DNA of 64,000 nt from contig JBODTK010000104.1 in NCBI GenBank assembly GCA_050613775.1, positions 372,001 through 436,000 of the forward strand. The letters run 5' to 3'. A model generated the notes under the pieces. It had not been told where the DNA came from, ran no database searches, and saw only the letters and a program-made list of their open reading frames with translations. A program made the translations under genes and the position numbers. This document shows positions 15,756 through 27,726 of this stretch, one piece after another (within the stretch, counting starts at the first letter, position 1; every line of letters starts with the position of its first letter). The DNA comes from Neocallimastix sp. 'constans' (lineage: Eukaryota).

Positions 15756-16227
15756 CTCCTTCTTGGCGGAAATGCAGTATTTGAAATCTTAAAGATCGGC
15801 TCGGGGGAAAGAAGGCGATTTATTAATAATATTTTTCAATCACCTTCGAACGAGTCTTCTTTCCCGATTTCATATTTTGTGGGGCTTGCGGAATTCCTTA
15901 CTAACGTTATGCCTATTGTGATTGGTGATTTTTACACCATGATCGATTTGTATAGTGTTAGACCTACCGTTGTCAAGAGCGTCGACGTCGTAACGATAAG
16001 GCAAAGAAGAAATTCTGATACAGATTCGAATGATAATTTTCATCCACATGGAGTTATCTTCGATGAATGGGAAGAGTTAGAGGCCATTTCGTCCTCGAAT
16101 CTCATAACGTAGTTTTTTAATATTAATATAAAAAAAAAATTTCATGTATTTAAACTTCATGTATTTTTTAAAAAAATATTATTAAATAAAGTTTATTCCT
16201 AGTCTAAAAAAAAAAAAAAAAAAAAAA
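15756..16227 (+). mobile_element. 5'-truncated non-LTR retroposon (probable LINE 3' end) inserted in the copia-2 RNase H region
   Basis: 15-bp TSD ATAGCATAAGGGAGT (15741-15755, 16228-16242). Open frame from the first inserted base to the stop at 16112 (LLLGGNAVFEIL...), short 3' UTR, poly(A) of about 22 nt. Higher GC than the flanks. Confidence 0.85.
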
Positions 16228-16391
16228 ATAGCATAAGGGAGTTGATAAAAGAAAAATATATAAATTTGAAATATGTTAAATTCGAATATAATTTATCAGA
16301 CGGATTTACAAAGTATTTAAACGCTACTTTGATGAATAAATTCAGAGAAAACATTCTCACTAGCTTTAAGGATCTTAAACTTTAGGGGGAA

Positions 16392-16647
16392 TGTTAGAAA
16401 TCAAGTTTAATATCTTAAATAATGAATAATAATTTGGTATATTTAACTTAGATTAGTATATTTATTTATATTTAATTATAAATAAATAAATTTAATTATA
16501 AATAAATAATTAAATTTTTAAGAAATGTAAATGATTATAATCATATAATTAAAATTAATAATAACCTTTAACAAAAATATAATAATAATTATATATAATT
16601 AATAAAGTGATCACATATTCTAAAATTAAAAGCATAAATTCTTAATA
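16392..16647 (+). repeat. copia-2 3' LTR
   Basis: Follows the PPT, matches 10233-10540, and is followed by TSD TATTT. Confidence 0.9.
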
Positions 16648-17195
16648 TATTTAAATAGTAGTTGCTAAACAATATATAGAATATTCTATTTGCTCTATTT
16701 ATTATTTAATTTAAAAATATCTAAAATTATTTATACTAATAATTAATTAAATTTATTATAATATTTTACAATAAAATTATTAATAATTAATCCTCTTTAA
16801 AATATTAAAATTATATTTAATAAAATAAATAATGGTGTTGTTATTAAACCTTCAATATCAGAAGGAACACATGATTGTGGCTGGTAATTTTATTTATATA
16901 TATTTTAGAGGAGCATTCATTTGTATTTTGATATATTTTACTTTATCTTATACAACAATATATGTATGAATTTCAACTTTAAATGTAATATAGGAGTAAT
17001 AAATAAAATAGTAATAAATTATTAGATTTTATCAATTAAAAACAAAAATCCAAAAGAATTATTATAATTTATTTTCTTTAGTAATTGGTTTAATACATTT
17101 ATATAATGAACACTTACATTACACATACTTGAATAATGTATTCCATTTTAATTTATTGTAATATTTATATAATAACCAGCTATAAAATTATTATA

Positions 17196-17427
17196 ATATT
17201 TTATTACTAAATTTTAAGTTTTTTAAAAATTAATCTTATATTTTTAAATTTATATATTATAAAAAAATATAAATTTATTATTAATTTTCATAAATCAATT
17301 AATTTCATAAATTAATATATTTTAAATAATTTAATGCATTAGCAGTATTTTGTAAACGTGAATTACATTAAATAATTTAATGTACAAAATAAATTAATTA
17401 ATGTACTAAAGATATTGATTCTTTACA
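17196..17427 (-). repeat. Partial LTR of the chromovirus-related family
   Basis: About 230 bp nearly identical to 36456-36685. Ends in CTTTACA (TGTAAAG on the minus strand), like the chromovirus LTR. Other end not located. Confidence 0.65.
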
Positions 17428-18732
17428 CTCAGAGATCACAGAAAGAGAATTATTTCGCAAGGATAGGATTTTAATAAATTGCTATCAAAGAGGACAACTT
17501 ATGAATGAGATTAATTTAGAAGATAGTGATTATTCAAATCCAGATTCATGTCAATTCAAAGGAGATGCAAGTGTAAAATCAAGTCATTGTTACCTTTCAT
17601 GTAAAAGAGATATTGAAATATATGATAACATAGAATGGGAAAAAGCTCGTTATTATGATTTAGATGCTGATAATAAACGTGTTTTAACTTAATGGGGTTG
17701 GTGTGAATATACATCTCACTTTAATGATAATGCTAGTTGGATGAGCAAACTTAATGATACTTTATATATCTTAACCAAATAAATATTCCCGGAACGCATG
17801 ATAGTGGGTCATTTAATGTAGAAAATTATAATTCTCTGGCTGAAACTCAAAATTTTAACATAGGAGAGCAATTATTATTAGGTATTAGATATTTAGATAT
17901 AAGACTCGCTACGCCTAAAACTATAGATCGTGATTTATATGTTTCTCATGGTGATCTCGATATTTTATTTGTTAAAGACATTACTATTTTTTGTAAGGAA
18001 GAAGATAATAGTGGGTATCTTTAGCTTGATATTGTACTAAATTAATACATTTGTTTTTTAGCGGAGCATCCAAAAGAAACCATTATTATACACTTAGGAA
18101 ACGAAAGAATTGTAAATATGAATGATAAACAATTACGTGATGCTATTAATAATAAAACAATATTAAATACTGATAAAGTTATAAATACTAATAAAACTGC
18201 CAGTGATTTTATTTATAATGTAAACAAAATTCCTACTCTTAAAGATGCCCAAGGTAAAATAGTTCTTTTTACACGTAAAAATTTTGGCGTAGGTGTTAAT
18301 GTAAGGATTCCAAATATGGGTGACTGCAGAGAATATAGTAATAGTAATGATGAAAGGGATGGAGATATTTGTTTGCCACATGTAGTAGGAAATATCCGTG
18401 TTCAAGATGATTATAATTTTGAGAAGGATGATAAGTGGCAAATAATATACGATACTCTAAAAGGTAATGTTGGTACTATGTACGATAATACTTATTATGA
18501 TAAGGATGATGATTTAACAACTAAATTTTTTGATAGAAATAATGAAAATGTACTCACCATTAATTTCATGAATATGGCGAGGGTTAGTCACTTTTTAAAT
18601 CCTATGGATTAGTTTGACGATTCTATAAAAGAAAGTGAAAATTATGTTAATAATAAATTAATTGATTACATTAGAAAGGAAAAAGATAATGCATTTTATA
18701 ATGATCGGATTATTTTCGATTTTCCTAATTTG
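17428..18732 (+). pseudogene. Bacterial-type PI-specific phospholipase C (PLC-X domain), 5' part
   Basis: Across frameshifts the sequence reads WMSKL..., NIPGTHDSG, TQ...EQLLLGIRYLDIRL, SHG, EHPKETII, PTLKDAQGKIVLF, QDDYN and IIFDFPN. The frame is cut at 18732 by an LTR. Confidence 0.85.
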
Positions 18733-19007
18733 TGTAAGATATCTTTATATCTAATAAATTTATGTAATACATTATTACATTAATTTATGTATGAAATTTT
18801 TGTCACGATATCTCGAATAAAATTATGTAATCTACATTAATTTATGAATTAAAACATATTTCAATAAATTTATGTAAACGAAAAATCATACATTAAATTT
18901 ACGTACATGAATTAAATACTTTAAATAATACTTCTCCTTAAATTAATAATTGAAATTTAAAATTATAAATTAAAACTTAAATTATTTAAATTTATATTTA
19001 TTAAATA
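18733..19007 (+). repeat. Left part of a chromovirus-related LTR that splits the PI-PLC gene
   Basis: Begins TGTAAGATATC (compare chromovirus LTR TGTAAAGATATT). Preceded by ATTTG, which matches CTTTG after 35790 at 4 of 5 positions. Confidence 0.6.
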
Positions 19008-19511
19008 TGCTATGAAATGATAATAAAATAAGAAAATGTGTAAAAATATCATAAAATAATTATAAAATATAAATGTAAATAATAATTACGTATTAAATGA
19101 AATTAATGAATACAAAATGTAAGAAATTAATGTAAAACAAATAGATAAATAGTAAATATGAAAAATATATTAATTAGAGTTTAGGTAATATTTTATTATA
19201 GTTCATATAGAAAAATAGTAATTTTATAACATTTATAAAGAATAGGAATTTTATTAGAGAATATTATTATAACACCTGATATTTATTCCTTAATATAATT
19301 TATATATTTCATAGTAAAAATCATATGTTATAATAATATAAAATTTATAATTAAGATAAAGTATAAATAGTACAAAAAATGTTTAATTGCTCAGGGAGCT
19401 AAATAGTTCATAAACATATAATAAATAAATAAAAAGATCTTAAAAGAAAACTATACTTAAAATCTCTCTTTAAGTGTATAAAGTTAATTTCTTAACTGAA
19501 CCTTATCAAAT

Positions 19512-19521
19512 TGGTGGAGAT
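19512..19521 (+). promoter_or_regulatory. gypsy-1 PBS, tRNA-Ala-like 3' end (TGGTGGAGAT)
   Basis: Starts with TGG 3 nt after the LTR end. Complement of ...ATCTCCACCA, typical of tRNA-Ala acceptor ends. Confidence 0.65.
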
Positions 19522-19772
19522 ATCGGTTCAGGGAGGAAGTATATTAATTTTTACAAAATTTATTTTATTTTATATATAAATTTCTATTTACAATAACTTA
19601 GAGAATCCTTTATTTGAATTAATTCAATCTAAAAAGGTGATTTAATTTATAATTAAAAGCTATAGAAGAGTGTGGATGTAGAACTTTTAATTATAGAATT
19701 AAGGAAGATTGAAAATATTTTAAATTAGTATTACGAAGAGTTATTAATATAGAAATTTTAGTCAAACTTATA

Positions 19773-19808
<36 letters not shown>

Positions 19809-20309
19809 TTTCCATATATTATTTCTATATATTATTTTAAATTTTATATATATTATTTCAATATATTATTTTATATAGTAAATTATTTTATTATATCTAA
19901 TAATCATATTTAATAATATATTATAATATATTTTATTTTATAGTTGATAGTGATTTTAATATTATTATATTCATATATATTATAATTTTAATAATTCATT
20001 TTATTATATTTAACTATATATGAATTTATATTTTATTTTTGTTGAAAGTATATAATTTACAATTTTAAATTTAATTTATTTTCAAATAACAAATATTGAG
20101 TCATATTGATATAACATCTAATATAATTCAATATATTTATAATCGTTATTGTTATTTATTTACTCTTATATTATATTGAATTGTAATTAATTTTATAATT
20201 CAATATATTTATATTTATTATTTTAACACGTTATATTCATTATAAAATTTTATTAAAAGATATTTAATATAACAATATATATTGCTTTATATATTGTTAC
20301 ATCTAATAT

Positions 20310-21257
20310 ATGGAAAATTTCTTTATTCATAAGAAAAGTTATTCATCATCTAGTAGTTCTAGCCATTCAAACGCAAGCTTTGAAGATAGTAGTGTTAATA
20401 ATTCTCCCTTTAACTCTGACAATTCAAGTACAATAGTTAGGTCCAAAATGACATTTGATTCAAAGGATAAAATGTTAATGTTAAACGCTATCCAGAAGTT
20501 AGGTGCTGGTAATAAAAACGTAAAGTCTTGGATTAAGCAAATTACTTCCTGGATGAAATTGTTTGAAGAAACAGATATGAATGATGTAGTCCTTTGTATG
20601 AAATTAGCCTCCGCAGGAGACATTCCGGAATATATTTACGAATATGTTACACAAAATCCTGATAATCTCTCCATGGAGGGGTTAGAAAGTTTTCTTCTTA
20701 CAGAATGGTTACACGAGAAGAAACAAAGTCAGCTATTATCCGAGATTAAAAACATGAGTATTGAAAGAAATGAAACAGTAGTCGAGTTTAACAAGAGATT
20801 TAAAGAAATATATAAGAAACTAAATGAAGAAAGTAAGAAATATATTTCTATATATGACTACGAGGGAACTCTGAAACCAAGAACTGTGGTTTGGTCAGGA
20901 GTTTATTCTTCCTGCTGTTCATCATTGGAGGAGGCTTATGAAAAAGCTGAACTCTATGATGAAATCTATCATGAAACAAATAAAAGGAAGAATAATAATT
21001 TTAGATCCTTATATCAAGAAGGTGGAAACAATAGAAATAGGATAGTAATTAAACCTAAAACTCTTTCTCCACAAGTAAAGGGAAATTCTCCCAAAGAAAA
21101 TGACACTATGGAAGACCTAACCAATAAAATGAAGAATTTAAGGATAAAGACCTGTTACATTTGTGAACAGGAGGGACACTTGAAATACGATTGTCCCAAA
21201 CTGAAGAGATTAAATGCTCTCCTAGAAAAATTAGATAATCTTGAAGAAAAAAACTAA
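20310..21257 (+). CDS. gag: gypsy-1 Gag with CCHC zinc knuckle
   Basis: 315-aa ORF containing CYICEQEGHLKYDC, upstream of pol. Confidence 0.85.
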   Translation: MENFFIHKKSYSSSSSSSHSNASFEDSSVNNSPFNSDNSSTIVRSKMTFDSKDKMLMLNAIQKLGAGNKNVKSWIKQITSWMKLFEETDMNDVVLCMKLASAGDIPEYIYEYVTQNPDNLSMEGLESFLLTEWLHEKKQSQLLSEIKNMSIERNETVVEFNKRFKEIYKKLNEESKKYISIYDYEGTLKPRTVVWSGVYSSCCSSLEEAYEKAELYDEIYHETNKRKNNNFRSLYQEGGNNRNRIVIKPKTLSPQVKGNSPKENDTMEDLTNKMKNLRIKTCYICEQEGHLKYDCPKLKRLNALLEKLDNLEEKN

Positions 21258-21281
21258 ATAATGGGAGTTTGTGGACTCCCG
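21248..21281 (+). promoter_or_regulatory. -1 programmed ribosomal frameshift signal (A AAA AAC plus hairpin)
   Basis: Slippery heptamer 21248-21254 lies directly before the gag stop. An 8-nt spacer leads to a stem GGGAGTT/GACTCCC (21263-21280). The -1 frame is the pol frame. Confidence 0.8.
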
Positions 21282-21577
21282 AAAATAAAGTAACCGCCGC
21301 TTATTACACTCCTGAGAAACCAAATAAGCTATTTATCGCTGCGGCAAAGAGGAAGTCTAATTCTCAGGAGAATAATAATAATAAAAAAAAATACAATTTA
21401 CGAGGTAATTCATCTCATGATGTTGAGGAAACATCAAGAGACAATATTACCCAAAATACTAATGTAGAGGATAATATATCTTTAAGGAATTTAATTATTC
21501 CTAAATCACAATTAAATAAATTAAAGAAGAAAGAATCATTAAATAAAACACAAAATAATATTACAAATATTCAGAAC

Positions 21578-21610
<33 letters not shown>

Positions 21611-22204
21611 TGATAAAGAATTATTATAAAATTATATAAATTTTATGAAAATGTAAACAAACAAAATGTATACCAAATGTATGAAATGAAATTAATGTAG
21701 TTTAATAATGTATTTAAAGTTTATTTTATATTATTTTATATTAATTAATTTATATTATTTTTATATATTACTATTTATAAATTATTATTGTATTATTATA
21801 TTAATATTATAAACTTAAATTATTATGAAAATTATAGTATAAAAATTTAATTAAGAAATAATTTAGAAAAGTAGACTTTATTAAAAAAAAAAAGAGAAAA
21901 AGAGAAAATAAATAATAAAAGTCCAGTTGTATGTTATTTTATAATAAATAAAATAAATACATAAACAAAAATATATTTTTTTAGTTATATTAAAGAGAAT
22001 ATAACTAAAATATAAAATAATTAATTTTATTTAATTATTTATTAAAAATAGTTTTGTGTTAATAAAAAGTTTATTTTTATATAATAAAATTAACAAATAA
22101 ATTTTTATTAATAAAAGTTGTTAAAAACTTCTTATCTAACGTTAAGAACTAAAAGACAACTTTCAGCATAAACATTTTATATTTATTATTATAATTTGTT
22201 TATC

Positions 22205-22238
<34 letters not shown>

Positions 22239-25200
22239 TTAATAATAATAATATTAATAATAATAAAAATAATAATAATAATTATAATATTTATAATGAT
22301 AATGATATTAATAATGCTTATAATAATAATAATAATAATGATATTATAAGTAGTAACAATAATAGTAACAAGTATAATGATAACGACAATATTAATAATA
22401 GTAGTCATAATTATATCAACAATGTTAACAATAATAATCTTAGTAGTACAAATTTATTAAATACTGAAAATATTAATTTATCACCTGATAGAGATACAAA
22501 TTTGTCTACCAGTAATGCGCCACAAAACAGTTACTCTAACAATAATAATAATATTAATAATTTTAATAATTCAAATATGATAATAGATAGTACGAATAAC
22601 AATATCAATAACCAAAGTAATAAAGGTTCCAATGTCAATAAGAAATGTCCACGCAATTTACGTCTAATGAATAATGTGGAACCTTATGATATTATTAAGG
22701 ATATTGCTAACTTAAAATGCAATATATCTTTATCACAATTGGTAAATGGTAGTCCTAGATATAGGGCTGACCTAATTAAGGGGCTAAAATTAGAAAAGAA
22801 TACCAATATTGTAAGTGCCCATAATAACTTAGATGTACAAATGACTATGGTTAATAATGTTGACCATGATTATATTAGTAAAAGTAGGGAAGTAAGGAAA
22901 GATGATATTACTATTGTTCCAGCCACGGTGGATGATGTCACGTGTCGACTACTTGTAGACTCGGGTAGTAACCTTAATATTGTTTCCTCCAGATTCTTTA
23001 ATTCTCTACCTGGAGAATATATTTCAGCCGGTATCAGTAGAGGAAGAATATTATAAGCTCTCTCTACAGGAGAACCCTCTCAAGGTCAATTAGTATTCTT
23101 ACCCGTAAAAATAGGATTTTTGGAATTCGAAACCGCCTTTAGAATTATAGAAAACGATGATGCCTATTTTGATATTTTAGTTGGTTACTATACGCAAGCC
23201 CAATACAACTTCTTTGTTATATCTCCATTAAAAAGCTTTATTTTTCATTAATGAAGACTCTTCTTGTCAATACGTGTGTGATACTATTTCTGATTTGGAC
23301 TCAGAAAAGATTGCTTGTTTTGTAAAAAAAATTGATGATGTAAATGAAAATAATTTACACTGCTACCCCACAAAAGTTAAGGATAAGATGACCCCAAGTG
23401 AATTTATTCATAGCGACCGTATGTTAGATCACGTGGATGGAAAATATGTAGATTTAATCACCTCTATTTTAGAAGACCATATAGTTATTATTGCTACCTC
23501 AACTAATGATTTGACCCCTTCTAGCTTGGGACCCCATCATATTAAAATTAAGGAGGGTGTTGCCCCTATTAAGCTACGATATTATCGTACTAATAATGTC
23601 AAATCAGCTATTATTAAAGACCATATTAAGGATATGATTAATAAAAGAATAATACCTTCATCATCTGAATGGTCATTTCCAGTAGTATTAGTCCCCAAAA
23701 ACAATTCTAATGATTGGCGTTTTTGTGTGGACTATAGAAAACTTAATGATATTACAGTTCCGGATTCTTATTCCCTGCCTTATATTGACGAAATATTTGA
23801 TAACCTCGGAGGAGCGGAAATTTTTTCTACTTTGGATCTATTTTATGGTTATCATCAAATTTTATTGGATGATGACAGTGTGGATAAAACCTGTTTCACC
23901 ACTAAATATGGCAATTTTGTATTCAAGGTAATGCCATTTGGTCTGTGTAACGCTCCTGCTACGTTCCAAAGGTAAATGAATAAAATTTTATTTGACTTAA
24001 TAGGCGTTTGTGTATATGTTTTTATAGATGATGTATTAATTTTTTCTAAAACTCCTGAAGAACACGTGAAACATTTAATTTTAGTTCTGGATATTTTCGA
24101 AAAATTTAATTTAAAAATTAACATTGAAAAATGTCAATTTATGAGGGAGGAGGTACATGTGTTAGGTCACGTGATATCTAAGGAAGGACTTAAAACCGAT
24201 GATAAAAAGGTTATGGCAATAAAAAATTGGGTAATTCCTAATAATGTTTCAGAACTCAAGTCGTTTTTAGGTGCAGTTGGTTACTATCGTAAATTCATAA
24301 ATCAATTTGCACAAGTTGCTGCACCACTTACTAAATTACTACGTAAAGGTATAACTTTTAGTATTAGCAAAGAAGAAACTACTAGTTTTAATAATTTGAA
24401 AGAGTGTTTAATTAAAGCCCCAATATTAATGTTTCCAGACTATACGAAACAATTCTTTATTAGAACAGATGCATCAAAAAAAGGTTTGGGTGGCGTTCTA
24501 TTACAAGTGGCTGGTGAATTAGAACGTCCAATCCACTTTGTAAGTCGCTCATTATCTAGAGCTGAGAGAAACTATAGCATAACAGATTTGGAAGGTACAG
24601 CTGTTCATTACTGTGTTAAACAATTCAAATTTTATATAGAAGGTAATCCTTATGAAACTATCGTATATACCGACCACAAACCTTTAGTCAGTTTATTTAA
24701 TAATAAAGAACCAAACAATGCACGTCACGCTCGTTGGTGCATTGATTTAAGCATGTTAAAAGTTATCGTAAAATATGAACCAGGGAAAAAGAATGCTTTG
24801 TCTGATTCTCTTTCAAGATTACTTCCTATTGAAGAAAATAATAGTAAAGTCACTATGATATATAATGTTGCAAGTGGCTTGACGGATGAAACGTGCGCTT
24901 TAGATATGAATTGTATTAATAATTTATCGAATATTTTAAATAATAATAAACCAAAATATACAAGCCTTGATTTTAGTAATATCATAGAAAGTTTAAATAT
25001 CCATTCTGGAAGCAAACAGACACGTAAAGACGTAGTATATGCAATGTGGTATGAAGTCGAGAACTATCATAATAAATGTCAAAACATAAAAAATTTAAAT
25101 ACATTAAATTACAAAAAAATTTTTGATTCGTTGAATGATCATGTGACTCCTTTAGTATCTATTAATATAGATGATGATACAGTAATAAATTCATTAAATT

Positions 25201-26378
25201 TAGAAGAAAATGATGAAGAAAACACTGAATTCTTAAAGAAATTTATCAAAGATAAAATATTTGAAATTGATAATAAGAAATATTTCAGAGATAATGGAAC
25301 TTTCCGAAGAATTGTAGAAGAATATGAAGAAAGAATAAAGCTTATCTGGGAAGCCCACAAGATTGGTCATGAGGGTTTTGACAAGACGTATCAACGATTA
25401 AAGAGACACTACTACTGGAAAGGTATGAGTAATGATGTTAAAGCAACCATTCAATTATGCTCTAAATGCCAATTATGTAAAAATAATAAATCTGTTGACA
25501 CCACAGAACGTTACGCCACTCCAGTCGAGGGTCCTTTCATACGTTTAGGCATGGACATTATTGGCCCATTACCTATTACTGAAAGAAATAATCAATATAT
25601 CATAGTGATAGTTGATTATTTCACTAAGTGGGTAGAAGCAGAGCCTTTGGCTACTGTCACTTCAAAAGATGTAATATATTTCTTAAGTAGAGTGTTTGCA
25701 AACATGGCACGCCACAAGTAGTAACTACAGATAACGGTTCACAATTTAATTCAGAATTAACAAGAATATTTTTAGACTTATATGATGTATACATTCATTT
25801 TTCAACTACATATCAACCAGAAACTAATGGTATGACGGAAAATAGAAATAGGGAAATTGGGAAATATTTACGCCTTTTAGGTCAAAAGGAAAAAGATTGG
25901 TATATAGTTTTACCATCTGCTTTATGGGCTCTAAGAACTTCCAGGAATACAGCCACCAAACATTCCAGTTTTGAGTTGGTATATGGAAGAATTGACCAAC
26001 AACCATTCGAATTAGCCACAACATTACCAACATCTAATGTACAAGCCACAAATGAAGAAAAATTATTGGAAAAATTTTGCAATCATTATAAATGGGTTTT
26101 AGAAGCAAGCCAAAATATGAAAAAAAACTAATAAGAAATGGGAAGAAGAAAGGAATGAAAACTTTAGAAATAATAAACAAAATACTACTAGGAAAAATGA
26201 TCTGGTAAAAGTACAAAATTTCAGTAGATTTAAGTTAGATCCATATTTTGTAGGCCCTTATAAGGTCATTGGAAAACATTTTAATGAGGTAAAACTAGCG
26301 GACCCAGATACAGGTTTAGTTCTTGAAAGACCTGTTCATCTTAAAAATGTTCAAAAATATAAGACAACTTTAGAGTAA
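21251..26378 (+). pseudogene. pol: gypsy-1 Pol (PR-RT-RH-INT), disrupted
   Basis: ORF pieces at 21269, 22196, 23274, 23976 and 25832, with in-frame stops at 23056 and 23975, frameshifts and a solo-LTR insertion. Confidence 0.9.
21611..22205. mobile_element. Solo LTR (595 bp) inserted in the (AAT)n tract of gypsy-1 pol
   Basis: Termini TGATAAA...TTTATCA, 5-bp flanking repeat ATAAT. Removing 600 bp rejoins the two Asn-rich ORFs in frame. Confidence 0.75.
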
Positions 26379-27726
26379 GTTGTGTTATAGGAGGGAGAAA
26401 TGATATGAAATGATAATAAAATAAGAAAATGTGTAAAAATATCATAAAATAATTATAAAATATAAATGTAAATAATAATTACGTATTAAATGAAATTAAT
26501 GAATACAAAATGTAAGAAATTAATGTAAAACAAATAGATAAATAGTAAATATGAAAAATATATTAATTAGAGTTTAGGAGGGGTTTTATTGTGTGGCATT
26601 GATTTAAGTTTGGATATAGCGCATTCCAAACAGTTATTAGTTTTGATGTTGTGTAATTCAAGGTATTTTGAAATATCCTTTTGATAAAAGTGACCGAGTC
26701 TTTGATGCCAAAGCATTAATGATTGATTATTTAATTCTGTGGAGTTTATATCAGGTTTATAATATTGAGTAGAAAGGATAACAAAAGTATTTGTATTGTT
26801 TGTGGCGAATTCCCCAATTGTATAATTTTTAAAAATTTTTAGATAGATATTGTCATTTTTATATAATATAGTGGCGTTATAACCATCCTTAGCAAGTTTG
26901 ACACCACCTATAAGATTATAAAGTTTTGATTTAAAAAATAGATTATAAGTCAAAAATTATAATAACACTAAATAACACAAAAATGTTTTATAAACAAATA
27001 AGTTTTATTATATTTAGATTTTAAAATAATCTTTATTAATTATTAGTGTTATTAACAATAAATCGTTAATAACAATTACATCGATTAAGATACATGAAAT
27101 TTGGTTAACTATTTATATTTTTATCTTATTACATTTAGAATATATAATTCCTATTGAATTATATTATCTAACTATTTATTTAAAAACAATACTAACCTAA
27201 ACTAATAATAAATAATTAACTATTACTAAATAAAGAGAATTATAATTAATAACTAAAATAAATATAAACAATTTCAATCGAGCTCATTTATTATTTATTT
27301 ATTATTTAAATATTATTAATAAATTCTTATTATATTTTCTATTTAAAATTAATATAAAAGTTGTCATAATTATTTAATATGATTTTAGCATAAAATGCCG
27401 CAAGTTTCAACATGACTAATTGCATAGTTTCATGTTGTTAATTTATCTTGTAAAAAACCTTAACTCTTATTATTTAAATTAAATTACATAAAAAGAAATG
27501 ATTTTCAATTACTAGTTTCACAAGAGAAATTTTTAATTTATTAATATGATTGGGAAGAAGTCGAAGTTTTGTTTAAAATTATTTGCAATAATTTTATACA
27601 CGTGATTTTTAATAGATTTATTTCAATTTTACTTAAATTTATGATTAAATTTAATTAAAATTTATAAAGATATTAATAATATCTTTACAATCTCGCCCCT
27701 TAAGTCGAGCTCCTGCGAGATTAACT

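Larger units (their letters stand above)
10233..16647 (+). mobile_element. Full-length decayed Ty1/copia retrotransposon (copia-2)
   Basis: LTRs 10233-10540 and 16392-16647. 5-bp TSD TATTT (10228-10232, 16648-16652). PBS 10541-10554 and PPT AGGGGGAA before the 3' LTR. Gag ORF 10713, INT (TDNGTEF), RT (KARLVAKG, YVDD), RNase H (KHIDLRYH). Multiple stops and frameshifts. Confidence 0.95.
19008..26578 (+). mobile_element. Ty3/gypsy retrotransposon (gypsy-1), decayed, 3' LTR truncated
   Basis: 5' LTR 19008-19508 (TG...CA). PBS TGGTGGAGAT at 19512. Gag 20310-21257, then pol with PR (LVDSGS), RT (FIDD), RNase H (TDAS) and INT (HHCC, GMDIIGP). PPT AGGAGGGAGAAA. 3' LTR 26401-26578 matches only the first 178 bp of the 5' LTR. 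Confidence 0.95.

Noticed and set aside
16830..16925. Short coding-like stretch (GVVIKPSISEGTHDCGW)
   Set aside because: Too short to assign and has no supporting ORF.
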